From: Candidatus Limnocylindrales bacterium
Lineage (GTDB): Bacteria > Chloroflexota > Limnocylindria > Limnocylindrales > CSP1-4
Assembly: GCA_035458865.1 (NCBI GenBank)
Contig: DATHYZ010000020.1
Coordinates: 1-54,459 of the forward strand
Direction of reading: 5' to 3'
DNA length: 54,459 bases
The notes under the pieces are model-generated. The model had not been told where the DNA came from. It did not search any database and saw only the letters and a list, made by a program, of their open reading frames with translations. Positions 19,087 to 28,281 of the stretch are shown here, piece by piece; within the stretch, counting starts at the first letter, position 1; the number at the start of each line of letters is the position of its first letter. The position numbers were made by a program, and so were the translations under genes.

Positions 19087-20016
19087 GTGCGAGAGATCGA
19101 GATGGAGCCGGCGGCGGGCTTGCCGCCGGAGCGGGTCGCCATCGGCATCGACATCGGCGGGAGCGGGATCAAGGCGTCCGCGGTCGACGTCGCCGACGGG
19201 AAGCTCATCGGCGTGCGCCTGCGCGTCGCGACCCCCGACCCGTCCACGCCCGAGGCCTGCATCGCCTCCATCGCCCGCCTCGTCAAGCGGATCGTCAAGA
19301 TCACCCCGGCGGCAGCCAGGGCGCCGCTCGGGATCGGCGTGCCGACGGTCGTCGTCGACGGGGTGACCCGCACGGCCGCCAACATCGACCGGGGCTGGAC
19401 CGACTTCCCGGCCGACGCGGCCTTCGAGGCGGTGCTCAAGCGGCCCGTCCACGTCGTCAACGACGCCGATGCGGCCGGCATGGCCGAGATGCGCTTCGGC
19501 GCCGGGGCCGGCCGGAGCGGCAGCGTGCTGGTCCTGACCCTTGGCACGGGCACCGGCTCCGCCCTGTTCATCGACGGCCGCCTGGTGCCCAACACGGAGC
19601 TGGGCCACATGGAGATCCGGGGCAAGCACGCCGAGTGGCGGTCGGCGGCCAACGCCCGCATCCGTCGCGGCCTGTCGTGGAAGGCCTGGGCCGCGGACCT
19701 GGACGAGCACCTCATCGCCATCGACCGCATCCTCACCCCGTCGCTCATCATCCTCGGCGGCGGCGTCAGCAAGCGGACCGACCGCTTCCTCGACCGCCTC
19801 ACCGTGCCGGTCCCGGTCATCCCGGCGGCCCTCCGGAACGACGCCGGCATGGTCGGCGCGGCGATGCTCGCGGCCGAGTCCGACGAGGCGGCAGGTGCCG
19901 AGGCCGACGAGGCGGCAGGTGCGGAGGCCGCAGCCGGGGACGCGGAGAGCGCGCCCGTCGAGCCCCACGCGGCCGAGGCGCGCCCCGAGGAGGAGCCGCC
20001 CGCGACCGGAGCCTGA
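19087..20016 (+). CDS. ppgK: Polyphosphate glucokinase (ROK family)
   Basis: GTG preceded by GGGAGG. Motifs: IGIDIGGSGIKASAVD, VVNDADAAGMAEMRFGAG, LTLGTGTGSALFIDG, LGHMEI, and a PpgK-like IILGGGVSK. Acidic Ala-rich C-terminal tail. Confidence 0.85.
   Translation: MREIEMEPAAGLPPERVAIGIDIGGSGIKASAVDVADGKLIGVRLRVATPDPSTPEACIASIARLVKRIVKITPAAARAPLGIGVPTVVVDGVTRTAANIDRGWTDFPADAAFEAVLKRPVHVVNDADAAGMAEMRFGAGAGRSGSVLVLTLGTGTGSALFIDGRLVPNTELGHMEIRGKHAEWRSAANARIRRGLSWKAWAADLDEHLIAIDRILTPSLIILGGGVSKRTDRFLDRLTVPVPVIPAALRNDAGMVGAAMLAAESDEAAGAEADEAAGAEAAAGDAESAPVEPHAAEARPEEEPPATGA
19882..19929 (+). repeat. 24-bp tandem duplication inside the ppgK 3-prime tail
   Basis: gacgaggcggcaggtgccgaggcc followed immediately by gacgaggcggcaggtgcggaggcc (one mismatch), encoding DEAAGAEA twice. 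Confidence 0.8.
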
Positions 20017-20067
20017 GACGAAGCCGCCGACCCACCCCACCCCCGACGACGTCCCAGGAGCAGAGGG

Positions 20068-21543
20068 ATGACGACAGCCGAACCAGCCATGGGTGCCCCC
20101 GTCGCGTACCGGATGGTCATCGACGGGAGCAGCGTCGAGGCGGCCGACGGACGGACCTTCGACGTGGTCGAGCCCCACGCGGGCGCGACGATCGCCACGG
20201 TCCCGATGGGCGGCGCCCAGGACGTCGACCGGGCCGTGTCGGCGGCGGCGGCGGCCTTCGAAGGCCCGTGGTCCGGTCTCGCCGCCTCCGAGCGGGGCAA
20301 GCTCATGCTCCGCCTGGCGGACACGGTCCGTGACCACCTCGAGGAGATGGCCCAGCTCGAGAGCCGCAACGTCGGCAAGCCGATCAGCGGCGCGCGCTGG
20401 GAGATCAACCGGGTCGCCGACGTGATCGAGTACTACGCGGGCGCGGCGACGAAGATCACCGGTGAGACCATCCCGGTCAGCCGGCCGGGCTTCGATTTCA
20501 CCCTGCGGGAGCCCATCGGCGTCGTCGGCCTGATCGTGCCCTGGAACTTCCCGCTGATGCTGGCCAGCTGGAAGCTGGGCCCGGCGCTGGCGGCCGGCAA
20601 CACGGTCGTCCTCAAGCCGGCCAGCTGGTCCCCGCTCACCGCCATCCGCTTCGGCGAGCTGGCCCTGGAGGCCGGGCTGCCGGCCGGCGTCGTCAACGTG
20701 GTCACCGGGCCGGGTGGCGAGGCCGGCGCCGCGATCGCCGCCCATCCCGGGATCGGCAAGGTCGCCTTCACCGGCGAGACGGCCACGGGCCAGGAGATCA
20801 TGCGGCTCGCAGCCGGGACGGTGAAGAAGGTCAGCCTGGAGCTGGGCGGCAAGAGCCCCAACCTCGTCTTCGCCGACGCGGACCTGGAGCGCTTCGCGGC
20901 GGAGAGCCCGTACGCGGTCTTCGACAACTGCGGCCAGGACTGCTGCGCCAGAAGCCGGATCCTGGTGGAGCGGTCGGTCCACGAGCGGGTCGTGGAGCTG
21001 TTCGTGGAGGCGACGCGGAAGGTCAAGGTCGGGGACCCTTCCGACCCGGCCACCGAGGTGGGGCCGCTGGTCACCTTCAGTCACCGCGACCGGGTCGCGG
21101 CGTACGTGGAACGCGGGCTGGCCGAGGGCGCCGAGCTGGTCGTGGGCGGCCGGCCCCCGGAGGACCCGGGACTGGCCGGAGGCGCCTACCTGCTGCCCGC
21201 CGTCTTCGACCGGGCGACGAACGACATGGTCATCAGCCGCGAGGAGATCTTCGGGCCGGTCGTCGCGATCATCCCCTTCGACAGCGAGGAGGAGGCTGTC
21301 CGGCTGGCCAACGCCTCCCCGTATGGCCTCTCGGGCTCGGTCTGGACTCGCGATCTCGGGCGTGCCATCCGGGTCTCGAAGGCGATGCGGACCGGCGTCA
21401 TCTCGGTCAACTGCAACAACTCGGTCCACGTCGAGGCGCCGTTCGGCGGCTACAAGCAGTCGGGCATCGGGCGCGAGCTCGGGATGCACGCGCTGGGCGA
21501 GTACACGCAGGTGAAGAACGTCTTCGTGGACCTCGGGGCCTAG
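20068..21543 (+). CDS. NAD(P)-dependent aldehyde dehydrogenase
   Basis: 491 aa. Motifs: IVPWNFPLMLASWKLGPALAAGNTVVLKPA, FTGETATG, ELGGKSP, catalytic FDNCGQDCCARSR, EEIFGPV. Confidence 0.9.
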   Translation: MTTAEPAMGAPVAYRMVIDGSSVEAADGRTFDVVEPHAGATIATVPMGGAQDVDRAVSAAAAAFEGPWSGLAASERGKLMLRLADTVRDHLEEMAQLESRNVGKPISGARWEINRVADVIEYYAGAATKITGETIPVSRPGFDFTLREPIGVVGLIVPWNFPLMLASWKLGPALAAGNTVVLKPASWSPLTAIRFGELALEAGLPAGVVNVVTGPGGEAGAAIAAHPGIGKVAFTGETATGQEIMRLAAGTVKKVSLELGGKSPNLVFADADLERFAAESPYAVFDNCGQDCCARSRILVERSVHERVVELFVEATRKVKVGDPSDPATEVGPLVTFSHRDRVAAYVERGLAEGAELVVGGRPPEDPGLAGGAYLLPAVFDRATNDMVISREEIFGPVVAIIPFDSEEEAVRLANASPYGLSGSVWTRDLGRAIRVSKAMRTGVISVNCNNSVHVEAPFGGYKQSGIGRELGMHALGEYTQVKNVFVDLGA

Positions 21544-21618
21544 CTGCCGCGGGTCTCGCGACGTCCGGCGGAGGTTCCCGGCCGGACCGCCGGCACGGTC
21601 TGCCATGATTGACGGGTC

Positions 21619-23442
21619 GTGCCGCCGATCGACCTGACCCTCGACGTCCACGGGCCGCTCAGGTTCATCCTCGACCTGGGGGCCGCGGTCGTTGCCGCCC
21701 TGATCGGCGGGGCGATCGCCGTCCGCCTGCGCCAGCCGGCCGTGGTGGGCTACATCCTGGCCGGCGTCGCCATCGGTCCCTTCACTCCCGGCTTCGCCGG
21801 CGACGTGGAGGAGATCGCCGCCCTGGCCGAGCTCGGGATCGTCCTGCTCCTGTTCGCCCTGGGCGTCCAGTTCTCCATCCGCGAGCTGGCCCGGGTCCGC
21901 CGCGTCGCCATCCCCGGGGCGATCGCCCAGATCGTGGGCACGGCGGCGGTCGGGTCCGTGGCGTCGGTCGGGCTCGGGCTCGAGCCGCGAGCCGCCCTCG
22001 TCCTTGGCGCGTGCCTCTCGATCTCGTCGACGATCGTCGTCCTCAAGCTCCTCATCGAGCGCGGCGAGCTCGACAGCCTCCACGGCCGGACCGCGATCGG
22101 CTGGATGATCGTCCAGGACATCGCCACGATCGTCTTCATCGTGTCCCTGCCGCCGCTCGCCGGCGCGGATCCGGTCGCGCCGCTCCTGGGAGCCCTCGCG
22201 AGCGCGGCGATCTTCCTGGGCCTCGCCTACGTCCTGGGCACACGACTCCTGCCGTGGGTCTTCAGCGCCGTCGCCCGGCTCCGGTCCCAGGAGCTGTTCC
22301 TCCTGACGGTCGTGGGCACGGCCCTCGCGACGGCCTTCGTCTCGAGCGCCGTGTTCGGCCTCTCGCTCGCCCTGGGAGCCTTCGTCGCCGGACTGCTGGT
22401 CTCGGAGTCGGAGGTCTCCTACCAGGCGGCGGCCGAGGTCATCCCGTTCCGCGACCTCTTCGCGGTCCTCTTCTTCGTCTCCGTGGGGATGCTCGTGGAC
22501 CCGGCCGCCCTGGTGGCCCAGGCGCCGACGGTCGCGCTCCTGGTGGTCATCGCGGTGGTCGTCAAGGGTGCGATGTCGGCCGGGCTGGCGCGCGCCCTGG
22601 GCCTGCCGACCCGCTCCGCACTGCTGCTCGGCGGTCTCGTCGCCAACGTCGGGGAGTTCAGCTTCATCCTCGCCCAGAACGCCCTGGACGAGGGGCTTTT
22701 CGACACGGAGGCCTACAACCTCGTCCTCGGCACGGCCGTCCTGACGATCATCCTGAGCCCGTTCCTGGTCAGGGGATCGGCGCTCCTGGCCAGGCGCTGG
22801 GAGGCGAACGCGGTGGCCCGTGCGTCGCGGGAGCTGGCCGGGATCGCGGGCCCGGCGTCGTCGTTGGCCGCTGGCCCCGCTGCGCTGACGGACGCGCACG
22901 ACCCGCCGGTCCCGGGAGCCGCGCCCGACTCGCGGGGCGAGCGGGTCCACAACGAGCCTCCGTCAGCGGGCCGGGCGCCGGTCGTGGTCCTCGGAGCCGG
23001 CCGCGTGGGGCGGGTCGTCATCCGGGCCGTCCGGAACCGCGGCCTGCGCTGCATCGTCATCGACCGCGACCAGCGCCGCCTCGAGGAGGTGGCCAAGCTG
23101 GGCGCCGCGACCATCTACGGGGACGCGGCCAGCCCGGAGATCCTGGCCCGCGCCGAGCTGGACCGGGCCCGCGTGCTCGTGGTCGCGGTCGGCGACCCGC
23201 TGATGACGCGGCTCGCGGTCGAGCGGGCCCGGTCGCTCAACCCGCATCTCCAGATCTCGGCCCGGGCACGCGGCCGGCGCGAGATCGACCAGCTGGGCCT
23301 GATCGGGGTCCGGCGGGTGGCCGATCCCGAGGCCGAGGTGGCCTTCGAGCTCACCCGTCAGGCCCTCCAGCGGATGGGGGTCTCGGGGCCGGAGCTGTCG
23401 GGGATCCTCGTCGGCCTCCGTCGCGACGTCTACGGGCAGTAG
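21619..23442 (+). CDS. CPA2-family monovalent cation:proton antiporter with C-terminal RCK/TrkA-N domain (KefB/YbaL-like)
   Basis: Multi-TM N-terminal region (GYILAGVAIGPFTPGF, LLLFALGVQFS). C-terminal Rossmann-like VVVLGAGRVGRVVIRAVRNRGLRCIVIDRD ... IYGDAASPEIL. Confidence 0.85.
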   Translation: MPPIDLTLDVHGPLRFILDLGAAVVAALIGGAIAVRLRQPAVVGYILAGVAIGPFTPGFAGDVEEIAALAELGIVLLLFALGVQFSIRELARVRRVAIPGAIAQIVGTAAVGSVASVGLGLEPRAALVLGACLSISSTIVVLKLLIERGELDSLHGRTAIGWMIVQDIATIVFIVSLPPLAGADPVAPLLGALASAAIFLGLAYVLGTRLLPWVFSAVARLRSQELFLLTVVGTALATAFVSSAVFGLSLALGAFVAGLLVSESEVSYQAAAEVIPFRDLFAVLFFVSVGMLVDPAALVAQAPTVALLVVIAVVVKGAMSAGLARALGLPTRSALLLGGLVANVGEFSFILAQNALDEGLFDTEAYNLVLGTAVLTIILSPFLVRGSALLARRWEANAVARASRELAGIAGPASSLAAGPAALTDAHDPPVPGAAPDSRGERVHNEPPSAGRAPVVVLGAGRVGRVVIRAVRNRGLRCIVIDRDQRRLEEVAKLGAATIYGDAASPEILARAELDRARVLVVAVGDPLMTRLAVERARSLNPHLQISARARGRREIDQLGLIGVRRVADPEAEVAFELTRQALQRMGVSGPELSGILVGLRRDVYGQ

Positions 23443-23500
23443 CCCGGGCGTCCCCGTCGGCGAGCGTCGGCAGCGCCTCGTCCGAGCCGGAGGCCGTCCC

Positions 23501-24799
23501 TCACCGTTGGATGCTGCGGGCGCTCCCATCGGTGGCGGATCGCCCCTCCCGGAGCGGAGCGCCCCGGGTGGCGATCTCGATCGTCCGGCCCAGCTCGGGG
23601 GCATCCTCCGGGAGCTGCTCGGCCCATCGGCCGTACCAGGCGACGAGCGGTCCGGCAGAGAGCCCATGGGCGATGACGCTGAGGGCCACGGTGAGGCCCG
23701 CCGCCGCCGCGAGCGGGGTCCCCTCGTAGAACGGGAACCCGTCCCCGATCGCCATGAGGCCGAGGACGACCGTGGCGAGACCACGCGGCCCGAACCAGCC
23801 GACGAAGGCGATGGTGGGCCAGCCGAGCCGGCTTCGGACGAGGGCCACGGCGACCGGAAGCATGCGCACGAGCGTGAGGGCCACCAGGGCAAAGGCGATG
23901 ATCCCGGGGTTGCCGATCGGAAGCTGGGTCAGCAGGGCACCGAGGAGGAAGAAGACGGCCAGGCCGGCCAGCTCGCCGAAGCCCTCGGCGAACTCCAGGT
24001 AGGCCTCCCGGATCGGCCCGTGGACGACCGTCAGTGAGAGGCCGGCGACGAAGGCCGCGACGAAGGCATTCCCGCCGATCGCATTGGCGACGACCCAGGC
24101 CAGCATCGCCAGCACGGGAGCGATGAGCCAGCGAGTGGACGGGACGATCAGATCCCGGCGGCTGGCAAGGGCGAGGAGAAGGCCGCCCCCGGCACCGACG
24201 AGGATCCCGGCGCCGGCGCCCAGCGCGACATCCAGGACGGCATCCAGGATCCAGCCGGAGCTGCCCATCGGACCCTCGGCGGCCAGGGCGGCCACCCCGA
24301 CGAGGACGAGCGGCGTCACGAGGCCGTCGTTGAGCCCCGACTCGACGTTGAGTGCCTGCCTGATCCGGAGGGGCACCCGCTCACTGTTGACGACGAGAGC
24401 CCCGAGCGCAGCGTCCGTGGGAGCGACGAGCACGGCCAGGATGAAGGCCCCTGTGGGATCGAGCCCAGGGACCAGGACGGCGGCGGCGACCCAGCCCAGC
24501 GCGATGGTCAACGGGAGGCCGACGACCAGCAGGCGAACCGGCAGGGTGGCTGAGCGACGAAGGGCGGCGATGTTGCTCCTGGACGCATCGACGAAGAGGG
24601 CCATGACCAGGGCGACCTCGCCCACGAGTCGGAGGATCTCGGCGTCGATGGCCGGCCTGACGTCTCCCGCGAGCACGAGGGCTGTCGCGAGGCCCGCCAG
24701 GAGCAGCGCGATCTGGGGCGTCACGCTCAGTCGCACGAACCATCGCGACAGGACCGCGTAGCCCAGCAGGGTCGCGATGAAGACGCCGAGGGGAGTCAC
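23501..24799 (-). CDS. CPA1-family Na+/H+ exchanger
   Basis: 432 aa, polytopic. LAVLVAPTDAALG and NVESGLNDGLVTPLV motifs. GTG start preceded by AGGAGGG, 12 nt downstream of the SulP stop. Confidence 0.85.
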   Translation of the reverse strand: MTPLGVFIATLLGYAVLSRWFVRLSVTPQIALLLAGLATALVLAGDVRPAIDAEILRLVGEVALVMALFVDASRSNIAALRRSATLPVRLLVVGLPLTIALGWVAAAVLVPGLDPTGAFILAVLVAPTDAALGALVVNSERVPLRIRQALNVESGLNDGLVTPLVLVGVAALAAEGPMGSSGWILDAVLDVALGAGAGILVGAGGGLLLALASRRDLIVPSTRWLIAPVLAMLAWVVANAIGGNAFVAAFVAGLSLTVVHGPIREAYLEFAEGFGELAGLAVFFLLGALLTQLPIGNPGIIAFALVALTLVRMLPVAVALVRSRLGWPTIAFVGWFGPRGLATVVLGLMAIGDGFPFYEGTPLAAAAGLTVALSVIAHGLSAGPLVAWYGRWAEQLPEDAPELGRTIEIATRGAPLREGRSATDGSARSIQR

Positions 24800-24811
24800 A
24801 TCGGTGCCCTC

Positions 24812-27403
24812 CTAGGGCGATGGGTCGGGCTCGGATCCCGAGGAGGGGGTCGCTGAAGGGCTGGGGCTCGGCGACGGGCTGGGGCTGGGCGACGGGCTGG
24901 GGCTGGGGCTCGGGGCGGGGCTCGGGCTCGGGGCGGAGCTCGGGGCGGAGCTCGGGCTCGGCGCAGGCCCCTCGGACACGATCAGCGTGATGGCCGTTCC
25001 GGTCGACACCCGCACGCCTTCCGGTGGGCTCGTGCCCACGACCGATCCCCGGGCGACGATCGGGTCCGGGACCCCGGTGGTCCCGGACACCCGCAGTCCG
25101 GCCGAGGTCAGGGTGACGACCGCCTCGGCCTCGGTCCGTCCGGCGACATCGGGGATCTCGATGATCTCGCGGCCGGTCGAGACCACCGGGAGGACGGTCG
25201 ATCCAGCCGGGACCACCATCCCGGCGGTCGGGCTCTGTGCAACGACCGTGTCCTCGGGGCGGGAGGTCGTCGACACGAAGGTCGGCTCGCCAAGCACCAG
25301 GCCGGCGGATTCGGCCGACTGGCGCGCCCGGTCGAGCGGCAGCCCGACCATGTTCGGGACCGCGACCTCGCCGGCGGGCGGCCGTGGCCCGGCCTCCCCG
25401 GCTCCGGCGAGCAGGGCCACGGCGAGGACGCTGACGACGAGGATGCCGCCCACCGCCACGATCCCGGCCGACCAGCGGCGCCGCTCCGGTGGCGGCCTCA
25501 TCGCCGGGCTCGGCACCTCTCCCTCCGGCGCCCCCTCCCCGGTCGTCGCGGGCGGATGCTCTCCTTCGGCCAGGGCCTCGCCGGCCTCGCTCCCGAGGGG
25601 GGCGGTCGCCGCGTCGACGATGGCCGGCGCCGGCGCCGCCACGGGCTCCAGGGCCACGGACGCCTCGACCGCGGCCATGATGGTGCGACGGACCTCGTGC
25701 CCTTCCCCGATAAGCCGGCCCAGCCCGAACTGGCGGAGGAGGTCGCGGAGCGGTCCGGTCGGCCTGGCGAGCAGCAGCCGCACCTCGTCCCGATCGAGCT
25801 CACCTTCGAGCTGGTCGAGCATCCCGGCCGCCGTCAGGTCCAGGTCGACGACGCCGGCCGCATCGAGGATGACCGTGTGGACGTCCGGCCTGGCCCTGCG
25901 GATGTCCCTGACGCGATCCCGGAGCGCCGTCGCGGTGGCGAAGAAGAGCGGCCCGGAGAACCTCACGACGGCGACCCCGCGGATCAGCTCGGCACCGCGG
26001 GTCCGCTCGATGTCGGCGAACTCCTCCGATTCGCGCAGTCGTCCCAGCTCGGCGATCCGCGGCCGGGCCGAGCGTCGGAAGACGTTCACGGCAGCCAGCC
26101 CGACCGCCACGACGACCCCGACGAGGGTCCCGTACAGGATGACCCCCAGGGCCGCGGTCAGGGCGATCACCCCTTCCGACGGCTGGAGCCGCCAGATCCG
26201 GACGATCCCGGCGGGCGAGAGGAGCTTCAGGACCGCCGACAGGATCACCGCCCCGAGCGCCGGGATCGGCAGCAGGTCGAGGTAGGGCGCCAGGAGCAGC
26301 AGGACGGCGACGAGGCCACCCGCCGCGATGATCCCGGTCAGCTGGCTGTTGGACCCGGCCGCCTGGGCGGCCGACGTCCGCGAGGGGCTCGACCCGATCG
26401 GGTAGCCGCTCGTGAGGCTCGCCGTCAGGTCGGCGGCCGACAGGGCGACGAGCTCGCGGTTGGCATCGATCTCCTCGCCCGGACGAGCGAAGTTGCGGCC
26501 GGTGGCGGCGGTGTCGGCGAAGCTGAGGATGGCGATGCCCAGGGCCGCCGGAAGGAGCGCGACCGCCTCCTCGACCGACACGAGCGGGATGGCGATCGGC
26601 GGCAGCCCCGAGGGGACCGGGCCCAGGACCTGGACCCCTCGCGCCGGCAGATCGAGGACCGCGCTGGCGACGAGCGCCACGATGAGCGACGGCAGGGCGA
26701 TCGGGAGCCCCGGCAGCAGGCGGTCGCCGGCCACGACCGCGGCGAGGACCAGCCCGGCGACGATCGCCGACGGCCAGTTGATGGCGATCTGTCCGGCCGC
26801 GAGAGCGAGGCTCTGGAGCAGGACACCCGGCCCGAGCGAGGCGAGGTCCGTACCGGTCAGGACGGCGATGATCTCGGCCAGCGGGTCGGCGCCCAGCATC
26901 TTCGGGATCTGGCCCAGGGCGACGCTCACCCCGACGCCCGTCATGTAGCCCACGAGGATGGGCCGGGACAGGAAGTCGGCCAGGAAGCCGAGCGAGGCCA
27001 GGCGCATCGCCACGAAGATGAGCGCGACGAGCAGCGCCAGCGCCGAGGCGATCTGCATCCGCTGGTCGGCGGCGACCGCGAGCGGGGCGATGGCCGCGCC
27101 CACGAGGGCGGCCGTGGCGGCATCGGGACCCACGATGAGGCGGCGCGACGAGCCGAAGATCGCGTAGGCGAGGAGCGGGAGGAGCGAGGCGTAGAGACCC
27201 GCCTCGGGCGGCAGTCCGGCGACCTGGGCGTAGCCGATGCTCAGCGGGACGATGAGGGCCGCGACGGTCACCCCGGCGACGAGATCGCCCCGCAGATCCT
27301 TGCGCGGGTAGTCACGGAGCGTCCAGGCGAGCGGGGGGCCGCCGATCGTCAGCTGGCCGACGATCCGGTCAGCGACCGCCCTTGATCGATCCGTGGCAGT
27401 CAT
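24812..27403 (-). CDS. SulP-family anion transporter with STAS domain, an additional TM helix, two PASTA domains and a (Ser-Pro)n tail
   Basis: 863 aa. SulP core (DLVAGVTVAALIVPLSIGYAQVAGLPPEAGLYASLLP, IVGPDAATAAL). STAS (VAVVRFSGPLFFATATALRDRV ... VILDAAGVVDLDLTAAGML). TM helix (WSAGIVAVGGILVVSVLAVALLAGA). PASTA-like repeats at aa ~680-744 and ~748-812. Confidence 0.85.
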   Translation of the reverse strand: MTATDRSRAVADRIVGQLTIGGPPLAWTLRDYPRKDLRGDLVAGVTVAALIVPLSIGYAQVAGLPPEAGLYASLLPLLAYAIFGSSRRLIVGPDAATAALVGAAIAPLAVAADQRMQIASALALLVALIFVAMRLASLGFLADFLSRPILVGYMTGVGVSVALGQIPKMLGADPLAEIIAVLTGTDLASLGPGVLLQSLALAAGQIAINWPSAIVAGLVLAAVVAGDRLLPGLPIALPSLIVALVASAVLDLPARGVQVLGPVPSGLPPIAIPLVSVEEAVALLPAALGIAILSFADTAATGRNFARPGEEIDANRELVALSAADLTASLTSGYPIGSSPSRTSAAQAAGSNSQLTGIIAAGGLVAVLLLLAPYLDLLPIPALGAVILSAVLKLLSPAGIVRIWRLQPSEGVIALTAALGVILYGTLVGVVVAVGLAAVNVFRRSARPRIAELGRLRESEEFADIERTRGAELIRGVAVVRFSGPLFFATATALRDRVRDIRRARPDVHTVILDAAGVVDLDLTAAGMLDQLEGELDRDEVRLLLARPTGPLRDLLRQFGLGRLIGEGHEVRRTIMAAVEASVALEPVAAPAPAIVDAATAPLGSEAGEALAEGEHPPATTGEGAPEGEVPSPAMRPPPERRRWSAGIVAVGGILVVSVLAVALLAGAGEAGPRPPAGEVAVPNMVGLPLDRARQSAESAGLVLGEPTFVSTTSRPEDTVVAQSPTAGMVVPAGSTVLPVVSTGREIIEIPDVAGRTEAEAVVTLTSAGLRVSGTTGVPDPIVARGSVVGTSPPEGVRVSTGTAITLIVSEGPAPSPSSAPSSAPSPSPAPSPSPSPSPSPSPSPSPSPSATPSSGSEPDPSP
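24815..24967 (-). repeat. Coding Ser/Pro dipeptide low-complexity repeat (C-terminal tail of the SulP-PASTA protein)
   Basis: Reiterated gggctcgg/ggggctgg units encoding PAPSPSSAPSSAPSPSPAPSPSPSPSPSPSPSPSPSPSATPSS. Confidence 0.7.
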
Positions 27404-27575
27404 CCGGCTCCCTGGGTCGTGGCATCGATCCCCGACGGTGACCGGCCTGGCCGCTCGGTCGGGCGCTCCCCCGATTGTACGGCCGGGCTCCGGGCCGATG
27501 ATCCAGGGGTGTCAGGCGGCGCGAAGGCGAAGCGCCCGATCCATGGATAGGGTCGACCCGGATCCCTGCCAGCGT

Positions 27576-28118
27576 CTAGCGTTCGGACCGGTCGGATGCG
27601 TCGTATGAGATCCAGCCGGTGCCGTTGACCTCCATGTAGCCCGAGTCGGGATCGAACCAGCCCGACTCGCTCACGACGCCGCTGGCTGCGGCGAAGCGGC
27701 CCGTCCCACCGAGGATGGTCATCGTCTCGGCGAACGTCGTCTCGCTCGTCATGGCTCCGTCGTACGTGGCGTACAGGCGGTCGCCGTTCGCGGCCGTGAT
27801 CACGACCTCGGCGTCCCCGAAGGTCCCCGCGAACAGCTGGAAGCAGTGCTCCGACGTCCAGGAGACACGTCCGAGGTGCCCAACGATCCCGGTCCCGGCC
27901 ATGCTCGAAAGCCACTGGGAGGGCTCGCTGCAGCGTCCACCGAAGGTGTCGCCACCCGGGAAGCTCGGCGACATCTGCATCCCCGTCCCGTACCCGCTGA
28001 GGGCCTCCGCGAAGGGCCGCGATGCCGGCTCCCCCGCCGCCGTCGTGGACACGGTCGCGAGGAGCAGGACCGCTGCCGCGAGCGTCGCCGCGATCCCTCG
28101 CCCGATCGTCCGATCCAT
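27576..28118 (-). CDS. Secreted hypothetical protein
   Basis: ATG at 28118 preceded by CAGGAGG. Signal peptide MDRTIGRGIAATLAAAVLLLATVSTTAAG. 180 aa. Contains a GGTGRFAAASG motif reminiscent of dirigent/allene-oxide-cyclase-like beta-barrels (weak). Confidence 0.65.
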   Translation of the reverse strand: MDRTIGRGIAATLAAAVLLLATVSTTAAGEPASRPFAEALSGYGTGMQMSPSFPGGDTFGGRCSEPSQWLSSMAGTGIVGHLGRVSWTSEHCFQLFAGTFGDAEVVITAANGDRLYATYDGAMTSETTFAETMTILGGTGRFAAASGVVSESGWFDPDSGYMEVNGTGWISYDASDRSER

Positions 28119-28281
28119 CTTGGCCTCCTGTCTCGCGCCACCCGGGCCGCCTGTGGCCGGGTCGGCAGCGCCACGGTCCCGTCTCGCGGCCAGTGCGGGG
28201 TTAGGGGCCGTCAAGGGCCCGATGAGCCACGCGGTGTCCCGCGACGACGCGGTCCGCAGTCGCGAGGTCCGGTCCGACCGC

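Noticed and set aside
19027-22950. 1307-aa minus-strand ORF, the longest in the track
   Set aside because: The translation is dominated by Arg/Asp/Gly/Pro/Glu runs with no domain-like segments. It is antisense to three well-supported plus-strand genes (ppgK, aldehyde dehydrogenase, CPA2 antiporter). This is a typical shadow ORF of a high-GC genome, where stop codons are rare in all frames.
24815-24967. Short-period nucleotide repeats (also 5006-5097 and 7492-7725) as a possible CRISPR array or satellite
   Set aside because: The periods are 6-15 nt without unique spacers. All lie in frame inside CDSs and encode Ser-Pro or Pro-Thr-Lys linkers, so they are coding low-complexity sequence, not CRISPR.
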